This document shows, one piece after another, positions 23,638 through 35,765 of a stretch of DNA of 64,000 bases. A program made the position numbers and the translations under genes. A model generated the notes under the pieces. The model worked only from the letters and a program-made list of their open reading frames with translations. It was not told the origin of the DNA and searched no databases. Source of the stretch: Octopus vulgaris (Eukaryota); contig OX597817.1 in assembly GCA_951406725.2 (NCBI GenBank), positions 50,096,001 to 50,160,000 on the forward strand, given 5' to 3'. Position 1 is the first letter of the stretch. Each line of letters starts with the position of its first letter.

Positions 23638-24077
23638 GTTATGTATATATATATACTAGCATTAAAGACCCGTCATTGCCGGGTCATAGTGCTAGTGCAT
23701 GTATATATGTGTATATATATGTGTACATATTACATGTACATCTATATATATACATCTACACAAAAAATGCAAAATACAAAGTTATATCTTAATATCGCTC
23801 GTGATAACAATACTCAAAATATATAACAGACTGGAATTGTATTATTATTACCCACTAGGGGCAAACATAGAGGGGACAATACAACCTGATGTGGGGTCAG
23901 ATTAGCGAATGGGATTACAAAAAAGGCGAATTTAAAAATTTACAAAAATTACAAAAATAGCAAAAATCGAATGAGGAACAGACCGGAAGACATTACGGAT
24001 GGAGTGGGAGCGGGTTTAGCTCGGACCCCATGAGCCCCGCCTCCCCACTGATACTTTGGTTTCGTCTAGTTTTACAT

Positions 24078-27000
24078 TTATGTGGTATCATCCACTCGCA
24101 ACTTTCGTGCTACATCTTTCCATCGTTCTTCGTACACTCTCTTAGTCAGGCATTTTCTCTCCAGCTCTATCTTCCTTTTCAGGTGAAAGATGAAGTAATT
24201 CATCAATCCAATGCCGGAGATGAACTTGCCTGACCGTAAACCTTTCATTCTCGTCTTCCATATCACCTCTTTCGCAATTGCTACTACAACAAGAAAACAA
24301 TTCTTACCTTCTTTCGCGAGGAAATCTGGTGGGTCAATTTTTGTAATAGACTCAGTCGACAGCTGTACTTTTCGTGTGCTTGACAACAGCTGTTCGGCAT
24401 AAACCCACACCTCAAACACGACCGAACAATGAACAATAGCGTGCGGGACGGTTTCCCTATCCCGCTCGCACCTTGGACATATCGGACTGTCTTGGCCACC
24501 GTGCCTTGCGAGTTTATCCCGAACAGGTAGAGCTCCTCTGTAGCATTGCCATGCCAGAGATTTCTGGAAGTTGTCCAGTGTCTTCGGCTCGAACGTACGT
24601 CGGAACAGACTGGCCAGCTGATTATCGTCGAGACCCAGGGTTTCCCCCAAGGTATCTTCACATTCCGCCTCTACCAACCCTCTATAGAAGAATGTGGTGG
24701 AACCCCCACCGCAGGTGTTGCCCGAGCGACGGAATAGCAGGAGAGCCTTGCGACACTCCGTGTACCATGTGCCCAGTTTCGATCTACGATTCAGCCAGGT
24801 TTCCCATCCACCGAAACTAGTGAACTTGGGAAACATCAGTTTTGCTAGCGGAGACCACACCCGTTCACCATCCAGGTAGAGCCACAGATGTCTTAACCTC
24901 AGCGCATGTCTGCGCATCATCAAACAAGGCATCCTTAGCCCACCCTTTAACGGTTGTTGACAGCAAGTAGAGCGTTTCACAAGTGGTTTCCCGCCCTTCC
25001 ACAAGAAGTAGAAGAGCTGTCTTTCCAACTTGATCAACCACGAATCAGGGCAAGGAACGACGGAAAGGCGGTAGGTGATAACCGATGCGATAAACACATT
25101 GGCTACCTCCGCCCTCCCTTTCAGGGATAGCTACCGCCAAGACCAGGTCTTGGCTACTGCAGCCACCCTGCTCGATACCTCGCCCCAATTCTTCTCTATT
25201 TGGAAGTCTGGAACGAACCAAACCCCTAGCAACTTAATCGGACCCTCCGTCCAACGTCCCACGACGCTGTCAGGAGGCATCGACTTGCCTCTCCAGGTGC
25301 CGAGTTGCAAGCCGACTGACTTTTCACGATTAACCTTTGCTCCTGTCACCGTCTCGTAAACCTCTATGGCCTTGCCTACCCTCTGTAGGTGGTCCATTTC
25401 GGTTACGATGATGGTAATGTCATCCGCGTACGCTGACACTGATTTTCCACAACCTGGCTGTCTCAGGATGCCGCTCAGTTTTCGCAGTGATGGCTCAAGA
25501 GCCATCACGTACAAAAGCGGGGAGAGCGGACACCCTTGACGAACCGAGCGCTTGATGTTGAACGGCTTCGACAAAAAGCCGTTCACCCGAACTACCGAGT
25601 CGAAGTTGTCGTAAATTTGGATAATCCACCTGAGGAAGCCAAGGCCCAGCTCGAACTGTGCCAGGGCAGATACCAGGTAGCGATGGTCGACCCTATCAAA
25701 TGCTTTAGATTGGTCTAAATGGACCAGTGCCCCACCCTTACCAGAATCACTATTAAACCCCTCTATAGTGTACCGCATAAGATGGAGCTTATCCTGAATG
25801 GTTCTGCCGGGAACGGCACATGTCTGTGCTTCCCCGATAAGACCATCCGCGACACGCGCCAATCTTTTCGATAACACTTTGGCCAAAATCTTCAACTCTG
25901 TGTTTAGCAGAGTGATGGGCCTGAAATGATCAATGCACTCCCCCTTGCTCGAGTCCTTTCTGACGAGTGTCACTACTCCCCGGCGCACAGATCTGGGTAT
26001 GAACCTGTTCTGCTGCCAGTTCGCATAGACCTCCGCCAGTAGGTGCCCGAACAAGTCTGGTATACTCTTACATAACTCATAGGGTAGACCATCTAAACCC
26101 GGCGCCTTGCCCGCGCCGCAGTCCGCCATCGCCTCAACCACCTCCCCAGGCGTGATTGGCCCTTCACAGCCCTCCGCATCTCGCCCCGATAAGCGCGGCA
26201 GCCCGTCGAGGAGGTCTGTAAAGGCCCTCCTCCTATCCAGTCCGCCGCACTCACCGAAAAGCTGAGCGAAGTGCTCCTGAAAGGCCTCACACATCTCCTC
26301 GGGCCCGTTTATCAACTATGGTTCGTCATAGATCGAATCGTGGCGTCGTTACCACGCTGAGCTTCCACCACTCGGGCCCATCTCACAGCGTTGATTCCTT
26401 CACCACCCATTGCGCGGATCCTAGCCCTGACAATGCAGCCCATGTGTTTGGCCTCAAGGTGCTGGTCTAACGCCAGTCTCTTGGCCGTCACCTGAGCCGC
26501 AGAGCCAGTTTTCAAGGCTTCCTCTAATTCCTTAACTAGAGTAGATTCCCTCCTAGCCTCTCTAGCCACTAATCCTATGCTATATCTAATAGACTCGAAT
26601 TTGATGGCTCGCTTGAGGGCATACCACCATTTGTTATTAATGATGGCACCAGATAACGCCCTCTGAATTATAGTCCTAATCCGGTCTCTGTACTCCTTAA
26701 TCGCCAAAAGGGACGTATTAAGTTTCCAATAACCGGAGCCTCTATTTTTAACCTTATCTATGTCAAGCTTACAGCTGACCATTTTGTGATCACTGTAGCT
26801 GACCAGGTAAAACTGTGGACACTTAGCTATTTTTCTGTCTACTTTTCTAATTAGTATCCTATCTATGTATGACCTGGAAGATCCGTCGCTGTTTGACCAT
26901 GTCCACAATGGAGCATTCGGAAATTCCAACCTATAAGGATCTGCTAGCTCAAAGCGGCTTAGCAGTTCCAGGAAGCCAATGTTACCTTTTCTATCTGGAC

Positions 27001-27466
27001 GCAAGCTAACACAATCTACATCCGCTTTGCAAATTGTGTTAAAGTCTCCTAGCACAACTAATGAATGCGAAGTACCAAGAAAGTTTTCCAGTTCTCGAAA
27101 ATAATCACTTTGCCCTTTTTGGTTGGGTGCGTAAATCGCAACCAGTCTGATAACTTTACCGTTACTAAACGTCAAATCCATGACGACCAGCCTACCTTCT
27201 GGGTCTGAAAAAATTAACTTTTTCTCAAAAACCCGGTTTCTTTATAATAGGACCAACACCCCACCCCCACCTGTAGGACTGGCCGGAGAGACAAAACTCT
27301 CGTAGCCGTCAAACAGCGGGAGTAGACATCTTGGCCCCTCTAACCGGGTTTCTGTAGCAACAATAACATCCAAATTACGCGACCTGATATCATTAAGGAA
27401 GCGACCTTGCTTCCAGCTTGATCCCAGGCCGCGCACATTTAAACAACCAACATAAATGTAATCCAT
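24078..27466 (-). pseudogene. Tx1 ORF2 (APE endonuclease, RT, C-terminal Zn finger); two nonsense codons and one frameshift
   Basis: LNVRGL, ETRL, IYAP, GDFN, IDRI, SDH; LDQSKAFDRVDH, QGCPLSPLLY, YADD; CPRC...H...C. In-frame stops at 27242 and 25131, frameshift near 26313. Confidence 0.92.
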
Positions 27467-27474
27467 GACTTACC

Positions 27475-28770
27475 TTATATCAGTGGTTCGACTTTTCCTT
27501 TCTCTTCTTCATTTTTTTCCTCTTTTTCTGGGCCTCGTGGGGGAGTCTGACGCAGACCCTCGAATATATATGGTGATGATATATCCATTCTGAGAGGGCC
27601 CACGTCATGAAAAAATTCGGACTTTATCCGTTCGTAATCCTTCCGGCCTATTCTATACAATATGAGATCATTTCTCCTTCCAATTTTTTCTACCTTGGCC
27701 ATAGCTGCCAACACATTAACTAGTCTATTATTTGACGCCTTAATGGCCATAAATGAGTTTAAAGTCTCTCTTTTTTTCATTTGGTTTACTTTCGGAGGGG
27801 TGGTTTCAGTTTTTCTTTTTTTCCTAGTGATTTTTGGCCACCCCTCCTCATTTTTCGTTTCCTCGCTCTTTGTTTCCTCCGCCGCCGGTTCCGCCGCCTC
27901 TGTCACCTCCACACCTTCAGCCGTCCCTTCTGGGCCGCCCGGCGCTGCTTCTGGTGATACCTCTTCTGTTCTTCCACCTGGCTGAGCTGCTTCCTGCGGT
28001 TTGGGTTGGCATTCTGCCCTTACATGCCCTTTCTTACCGCAGCCGAAGCATCTCGGCTTTCTGCCCTCTACAAAGACTGTGACTCTTTCCTCTTCACTGA
28101 TTTTCAGTGTCTCCGGAATCTCTTCCAGGGTTTGTATCTCTGCCTGGATGGCTATCGTTATACGCTGCCCTTTCCAATTTTCTTCCCCCTCTACTGTGGC
28201 CTGGAGGATGTTTATTTTTTCCTCCAGGCTTACCATAACTGCTGCCACCAGACATGTGGCGTCCGCTTCTGGCGGAATATTGTTCATTGTTATCCTTGAG
28301 GTTCTTTTGCCTCTATACAGGGGGAGGAGAACAATATTCTCCGCTTTCATGGGTTCCATGGATAGCTTTTTGGCTACTTCCTCCGTTTCAAATCTCACTT
28401 CCACTGTGCCGTATTTCTTCCCGCGGTTGATGTACGTAATTTTATTCCATATCGGTTTTAGGCAGTTTTCTATCTTTTTCTCCTCTATTCTTTGTATAGA
28501 CTTACTTGTGATGTTGAAAGTCTTGTATATTATTCTTTTTTTATAAATCTCTTCTTGCTTTTGGGCATTCGTAACCACCGTTACTTCTGTGCCCTCTTTT
28601 ATCAAACAGTCTGCGTATTTCTGCAGGTTTTCAGTGTTAATTTTTAAAATTTTTTTCCCAGCTACTTCAGAAAATTTTCTAGCTGGTGCTGGGGTTTCTT
28701 TTTTCCTCGGCGACACCGCCGGTGATCCTGCATCACTTGACACGGGTGAATAGGAGATGGGGGAGTCCAT
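27475..28770 (-). CDS. Tx1 ORF1 gag-like nucleic-acid-binding protein (~431 aa)
   Basis: Open from ATG 28770; zinc knuckle CFGCGKKGHVRAEC; stops 8 bp before the ORF2 ATG. Confidence 0.85.
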   Translation of the reverse strand: MDSPISYSPVSSDAGSPAVSPRKKETPAPARKFSEVAGKKILKINTENLQKYADCLIKEGTEVTVVTNAQKQEEIYKKRIIYKTFNITSKSIQRIEEKKIENCLKPIWNKITYINRGKKYGTVEVRFETEEVAKKLSMEPMKAENIVLLPLYRGKRTSRITMNNIPPEADATCLVAAVMVSLEEKINILQATVEGEENWKGQRITIAIQAEIQTLEEIPETLKISEEERVTVFVEGRKPRCFGCGKKGHVRAECQPKPQEAAQPGGRTEEVSPEAAPGGPEGTAEGVEVTEAAEPAAEETKSEETKNEEGWPKITRKKRKTETTPPKVNQMKKRETLNSFMAIKASNNRLVNVLAAMAKVEKIGRRNDLILYRIGRKDYERIKSEFFHDVGPLRMDISSPYIFEGLRQTPPRGPEKEEKNEEEKGKVEPLI

Positions 28771-29023
28771 CTCCGAAAACTGGCATAACAAGCCTTTAGC
28801 ACAACTGCGACAAAAAGTTTTTGGTTTTGCAGGCCTCAACTGCAGCAATAATAATAGTTTTCCCCCCACGGAGGTGGGAACACCAACACGAAGCCCTCGC
28901 ACGAAGGCGGATTACAATAATTGTACAACAACAGACAATACAGACAAAGTCTACAGAAACACAGTAGAATATAACAGAAGAAAAATATAATAACTCACTA
29001 CGCGTATAACAGACTGGAATTGT

Positions 29024-30950
29024 TTTATTCCTACCCACAAGGGGCAACATAGAGGGGACAATACAATCGGGAAAAATAAAATAATGAATTATGAAGTTTG
29101 TACAATGTGGTGTAATGCCCATTCGATCCCCGAAATCGAGCGGTTACATTTCGTCATTTTTTATTCGTCAACAATATTTTCCAAATAAAAACATTTTACA
29201 CATTTTCAACATACATTTCAAAAATTTTACAAAGTTCAACATATTTTTGCAGAATTTAAATTTCTTTTTATCATTTCCAAATTAAAGTTTTCACAATAAC
29301 TTTTCTTTGATATATACTCCATTATCTCTACCAAATCTTGGTAATTTTCCATCGTTCGTGGCGACCTTGTAAGTCGGCATTTAATATGTTTTGACACGTT
29401 CTTGCCAGCTGCCTCGATGAACGCCTCAGCGTTGTTCTCGTGGACGAGTGCACCTGTTTCTTTCCATCCTGACCCACGTATATCCATCTGTTTCGCTTAT
29501 TAAATCTTCCACCTCCTCACAGTGCCTGTGATGGATCAATGTTCCATAGTATTTGAATCTTTTATTCGTACCTGCATTTTCTCTAGTTTTTCTCTTAGGA
29601 CTTACTTCCTCTTTTTTCTCCTCTCTCGGTTTCTCTCTTTCTCTCTTTTTGCTTTCTCTTCTTTCTTTTTCCTTCGCTTGTCTTTTAGGCTCTTTGTCTG
29701 TCGTCTCTCTACCCTGTGCCTCATGTTCCTTTCCTGTTGTTTCTTTTCCTTTTTGCATACCATCTTTTCCTTTCTCTTGGTTCTGTTCCTTCTCTTGTTC
29801 TTTTCCTGTTTTTCTCTTTCCTTTAATGTACTTTCCTTTTCTTTCTCTTGCTTCTGCTTTGGCTCCTTCTCCACTACTTCTCCACCCTGTGAATTTTGCT
29901 CCTTTTCTACTATCTTCTTCCCTTTGTTTTCATTTTCCTTCAGTGCGATGTTACTTCCCTTCTCTTGTTGTTTCTCCGTTATTTCCTTTTCCTTGTTTTC
30001 GCAGTCCTTTATTTCGTGTTCTTTTTCTTTCTCTATTTTGTTCTCTCCACTTTGTGCCTCTTTTTGCTCCATTTCCCTCTCCGCTGTGAATTCATATAGC
30101 GGACATTCCTTTTTTATGTGCCCTCTTGACCCGCACAAGTAGCAATTCGGTTTTCTCCCCTCCACAATTACACTAATTGTTTTCTCGTTTTCTATTTCTA
30201 TTTGGAAGGGAAACCTTTCGATGTCTTCCATTGTGGCCATCAGCCACAACTCTACTCCGAATCCCTTCCAATTTACAACGTTGGTCTCTTTGATTGACCC
30301 TATTTCTACTTCCTCCTTTGCTGACCCTAGAATGGCTGGTACCAGCATTTCTGTTTTTATTTCTGGGGGCACCTTTGGGACTCTTACACGTACCCCTCGT
30401 CTTCCTTTATACGTCGGCCACATAGTGAAATTTTCGGCTTTCAGGACAGTGGAAGCCAATGAGGCCGCCACTTCCTTTGTTGCGCATCTCACCTCCACCG
30501 TACCATATTTCTTTCCTCTGTCCACAAAAGTCGTTTTTTCATAATGTCCCCCAGACATTTCCCTATTTCTTCAATCGTCACTCTCACCAGTTTTCTCGTG
30601 TCCCTATCTTGCGTTCTATACGTTATCGTCTTGTTATTTCTCTCCTCTATTGTTTCAACAGGCGGGACCAGCTTCACGCTGTCACCCTCCCTTTTAACGA
30701 ACTTCTCGTATTCCTTCAATTGTTCTTTTCTAAAGGACACTTCTGTTATTCTAAGAGACTCATCACTTTTTGTTGTGGCGACCCCCGCGTAAGTCTCCAT
30801 GACTAGAGGGTCGACACACCTTCTATAAAAGGTTCAAACACGCAGCGGCAAGCGCCTCGCGCGATTCAATTATTTAACAATTTTTTAACAGTTTTTTTCC
30901 AAACTTTTCACAAACAAAATAACTAACCAACACAATCAATGAAGACTGGA
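29024..30950 (-). mobile_element. ORF1-only (HAL1-like) non-autonomous Tx1 derivative
   Basis: Diverged ORF1 homologue, no ORF2; 3' tail GTCCCCTCTATGTTGCCCCTTGTGGGTAGGAATAAAA shared with the adjacent Tx1. Confidence 0.8.
29236..30800 (-). pseudogene. ORF1 of the HAL1-like element, frameshifted
   Basis: RGKKYGTVEVR, VEGRKPNCYLCGSRGHIKKEC and a long E/K-rich region; pieces 30489-30800, 29602-30558, 29426-29758, 29236-29487. Confidence 0.8.
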
Positions 30951-31635
30951 AGTGTTTTATTCCTACCCACAAGGGGCAACATAGAGGGGATAATACAATC
31001 GGGAAAAATAAAATAATGAATTATGAAGTTTGTACAATGTGGTGTAATGCCCATTCGATCCCCGGAATCGAGCGGTTACATTTCGTCATTTTTTATTCGT
31101 CAACAATATTTTCCAAATAAAAACATTTTACACATTTTCAACATACATTTCAAAAATTTTACAAAGTTCAACATTTTTTTTTTTCCCAGAATTTAAAGTT
31201 CTTTTTATCATTTCCAAATTAAAGTATTCACAATAACTTTTCTTTGATATATACTCCATTATCTCTACCAAATCTTGGTAAATTTCCATCGTTCGTGGCC
31301 ACCTTGTAAGTCGGCATTTCATATGTTTTGACACGTTCTTGCCAGCTGCCTCGATGAACGCCTCAGCGTTGTTCTCGTGCCCTCCCTTTTGACGAACTTC
31401 TCGTATTCCTTCAATTGTTCTTTTCTAACGAACACTTCTGTTATTCTAAAAGACTCATCACTTTTTGTTGTGGAGACCCCCGCGTAAGTCTCCATGACTT
31501 GAGGGTCGACACACCTTCTATAAAAGGTTCAAACACGCAGCGGTAAACGCCTCACGCGATTCAATTTTTTAACAATTTTTTTTCCAAATTTTTCACATAC
31601 AAAATAACTAACCAACACAATCAATGAAGACTGGA
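30951..31635 (-). mobile_element. Internally deleted copy of the HAL1-like element
   Basis: Near-identical to both ends of 29024-30950 but lacks ~29443-30684 (junction at ~31379). Confidence 0.9.
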
Positions 31636-32319
31636 CTTGGCAGCTCTTCTTTTTTCTCCACATTGTATACTTTATAGACAATAGTCTTTTCTTTAATTTA
31701 ATTTTTTATTATTCCATTTCTGCACGCTAATTTTATTTTTAATTTATTCCCATTCATGTGAAACCACTTATTCAAGTTCAAATCATTGATGCAATTTTAT
31801 ACCAATTGCTATTTTTACTTTTGTTATGTTACGGTTATATTATACTTTAGTTTGATTTTAATTATTACTTACTACATATATTTCAATTGTTATTATTATT
31901 TTTATTGTTAAAGGGAAAGCATCTGACATAAAATAGAGAAATATTTTTGTTTCACTTTTAACACGTAATACTGAAATAGTGAAGAAGATATGATATTGCT
32001 ATGGGCTCGCTCTAAGCAAGAAGTTGAACATTTGTTTTGCCCATGAAACTACATGGACCCTAAGTAAGGCATTTGTAGTATTTGAATGAAATTGGTTGTG
32101 TAGTTCTCAAGATTTAGGGAATCGTATTGGAGAAGATATGATATTGCTGTGGGCTCGCCCTAGGCAAAAAGTTCAAAATTGTTTTGCCGGTGAAACTCCC
32201 CGGACCCTAAGTAAGGCATGTGTAAAATTTGAATGAAATTGGTTGCGTAGTTCTCAAGTTTTAGGGAAACACACAGACAGACAGACACACATACATTCTC
32301 AGTTCTATATATATAAAGA

Positions 32320-32422
32320 TAACAACTTTCAGGGAGAATATATATATATATATATATATATATAACAACTTTCAGGGAGAATAGTGTATTATTTTTGTAT
32401 CGAAGAACGATAAGCTGAAAAA
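32320..32422. repeat. Right arm of the foldback repeat (inner part duplicated)
   Basis: TAACAACTTTCAGGGAGAATA occurs twice around (TA)n, then ATTATTTTTGTATCGAAGAACGATAAGCTGAAAAA. Confidence 0.85.
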
Positions 32423-32429
32423 TGGCGTC

Positions 32430-33269
32430 CTTATATTCCAAGGGAAATCAGCACCACATCGGAGAAGGCATTCCAAGTTCTAACTTCAGTCGCACTCATT
32501 GTTGTAACAAAATGTGGTTCCCTTAGGAGTGTTTTTATTTGAGGTCCAGCAAATAAATATTCCTGCTTTCTTCTTGTCACTGAGACTTGGAAAGGTTGTA
32601 CACATATACCTGAAGCAGTCTTCACTGTGATCAAGAGCTTTGATAAATTGCTTCATCATACCAAGTTTCAACACAGGTTTTGTTCTGGTCTACGAGTGCT
32701 ACTTTAAAGTAAGCAAGATATACCTTCATGACAAAATTATTGATGTTGCGCCTTTGATCCTGTGGAGTGGAGTTTCCACAGCTGTAACAGAAGATACTGG
32801 AGTCATCACAGCACATCCTTCTTTTTGATATTGTCTCCATAACTAGATCACAGCCGTTCAGTTCACACTTGAAAAGAAGAGAAAGGATTTCAAAGCAAAT
32901 CTCAGCCTGAACATATCCAAAATTAGCTAGAAAACCTACTAAAATTCCCACAAATAGTGGTGTAAAGTCAACTTTTGTTTTGCTCCTATATATAAAAAGG
33001 TATATTTTAATGTCTCTCCTTGTTTTTTTTCTGTGTCCCTTTCTGTAGAAGAGCGTAGGCTTGAAACGTAAAAGACTTTTTCTATTCCTGAGCGTTATAC
33101 TAATACATTTGTTTGTTTTGTACACCACCTGTCTTCGTCTTTTGTTTTTTTCGTGAACTCGGCCTATATAAATGTTTATATCAATGGCACAATAATCTGA
33201 GATAAATTTTGGAATCAGCACCCCAAAATTAGTCTAAACCAGCTCTAGGGTTTATTTTGTTGACCAGTG
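32430..33269 (-). mobile_element. Chapaev3-like (CMC) DNA transposon remnant
   Basis: Terminus CACTGGTCAACAAAAT; peptides FCYSCG...QRRNI...VYLAYF, KLGMMKQFIKALD, AGIF-GPQIKTLL, WNAF. Confidence 0.75.
32992..33162 (+). mobile_element. Penelope-like end remnant with variant hammerhead fold
   Basis: CTTT-CTGTAGA-A-GAGC GTAG GCTT-GAAACGTA-AAAG at ~33039-33074; flanked by CCTATATA direct repeats. Confidence 0.55.
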
Positions 33270-33699
33270 TAATAAATCCCCCTTTTAAAATGTCTGCTTC
33301 ACAATATCACTGTTTCTATTAGAATAATCAAGTAAAATCACACAGAAAAATATATGAATGATATCAGATACAAAAATACATATATCGCGTTCCTTAGAGA
33401 CAGACAAAAAGATGCAACAGTGTGATTATCAGTTTTACTTTGCATTTTCTCTTAATGTAAATTTATTCTTTGTTAAATATGTTTCTGTAAGTGAAAGACA
33501 CGATGTGATAAAAAGCTGCCACAAAGAACCTGAAAAACAAAGACATCCTCTTATTTATACAATTCTTTAAAACAAATGCGCCAGAGATTTGAAAACTCGC
33601 TTGTGTCGTCTTTCATTCTTTTCTCCACAAGCCTTCTGCTATGTTTGCCAAGAGATGGATTTCTGTGGAAAATTTTGCAAAGGTTTCTGTTATATATAC

Positions 33700-34218
<519 letters not shown>

Positions 34219-35765
34219 TATTTCGCATATTTTGTAGACCAGTGTAATATGTCGCATATTTTTTTAAACAAATAATTCAGGTACTCTACGTGTAATTTTA
34301 CTGCTTTCAAACTGCTTAATTACTCTAATTAACCATAGGTATAGATAGGCATGACTGTGGGGTTAAGAATTTCGCTTTGCAGCCACGTAGTTTCGGGCTC
34401 AGTGCCACTGTGCCGAACCTTGTGAGAGAATTTGGTAGAATGTGGAAACCCGTCACTATGTATGTATTTACGCTTTATCCGCTCACCACTTGACAAAAGG
34501 CGTAAGTTTGGATACGTCTACATAACATATTAGTTTGGAAAAAAAGAGACCGATAAAATAAACATCAACATTAAAAATAAGTCCTGTAGTCAATCAATAC
34601 AGAGCATTCCCCTAACATGGCTACTGTCCAAAGACTAAAACCTTTAAAAGACGAACGATCTTTGAAAACGTGTGAATTAGCCAATTTATACGTGGTTTAA
34701 TTGTTCGTGGCGGTCTTTTGCCTTTCTCGGAGTGGTGCCGTTTCTCTAACTCTTTGTACAAGGTCATCTGTTACAATTCTGTTGTTCGGCTGCGTCAGAG
34801 TCACATTTCCTTGCTTTGTGGATCCTCTGAAACATGTTTACTTCAATTTTCTATGGAAAAATCCCTTTTTCTGACATTGAAATTTTGCAAACACAGAGCA
34901 AAGAGGACATTTTTATAACTATCCATTTATATTCATGCATCGTTTAGTAAACGTGTCCAAATCGTTTTGCATATCACTTATATAACCCGTTGGACTCGCT
35001 ACTCTTCTTTTCAATCATTTGAAGAGCTTAAGCTATGTAAAGCAGCTTATCCCTTTTTCTTTATGTCTTCAGTAAATTAAGTGGCTTGCATTTCCACCAT
35101 TTTATTTCATTTTTATTTGTTTTCTAGATGAAATACCATTTCTATGTTTACATTGTTGCTCTTGATAGCAATTAACGGCACTTTCTTCAGTAACAGTAAT
35201 ATTATCTTTACTGGAAGTTTTATTAATTACGTTATGTCTGTTGGCGATGATGTATTATGCTAACATACATATATATATATATACATATATACATTCATAA
35301 TACTGTTCTTTACAGCAGAATGATGTAATTTTCAATTGCCTTAGTTCTATACGACTTTCAATTTTAAATATTGTATTTATTCAGAAGTCTTGCAATATTT
35401 TGCTACGTTATTTGCTTTATTCATCAAGTTACAACAAAACCAGCCTAATAATCGAAGTGGAAGCTATTGTGTTGCACAGTCTGGAACCATTTTTCTGCCA
35501 GTTTTTTCATCCTACGCATGTCCTTCGAGGCAAAGAGCTTCTTCACCTCAGTTTCCACCTCCACGTGGTTGCTGTGTCGCGAGTGTAGGTAGTGAGCCGT
35601 AGATGAAAACAACCGAAGAAGTTAGGTGCAGACTATATTCTGGATGTAGGATCAGTTCGATTTCCTTTAGTTCCTGGCTTTTATTCCGGGTCGATCGAGT
35701 GGTATGAGGCCTTGCGTTGTCATGCTACAGAGGAGCTTGCTTTCTGTTAACCAATGCCGGGTATA

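Larger units (their letters stand above)
23841..29004 (-). mobile_element. Full-length Tx1-clade LINE
   Basis: 5'UTR, ORF1, ORF2, 3'UTR ending (AAT)3; 19-bp direct repeat TATAACAGACTGGAATTGT at 23822-23840 and 29005-29023. Confidence 0.92.
23656..32319 (-). mobile_element. Non-autonomous Helitron (Lep1-like) hosting the Tx1 array
   Basis: Minus strand starts TC at 32319 with (CTGT)n near the 5' end and two ~148-bp tandem units (31983-32268). It ends in hairpin GACCCG-N7-CGGGTC then CTAG at 23656, inserted between A and T. Confidence 0.8.

Noticed and set aside
28771-28902. Longer 475-aa ORF1 start in the track
   Set aside because: Uses a GTG start in the 5'UTR; ATG at 28770 is more plausible.
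29522-30544. Plus-strand F/S/L-rich ORFs
   Set aside because: Antisense shadows of the E/K-rich ORF1.
23603-32385. CACTA/EnSpm transposon defined by CACTATTC... inverted repeats
   Set aside because: The inverted match extends beyond CACTA on both sides and no TSD or transposase is present.
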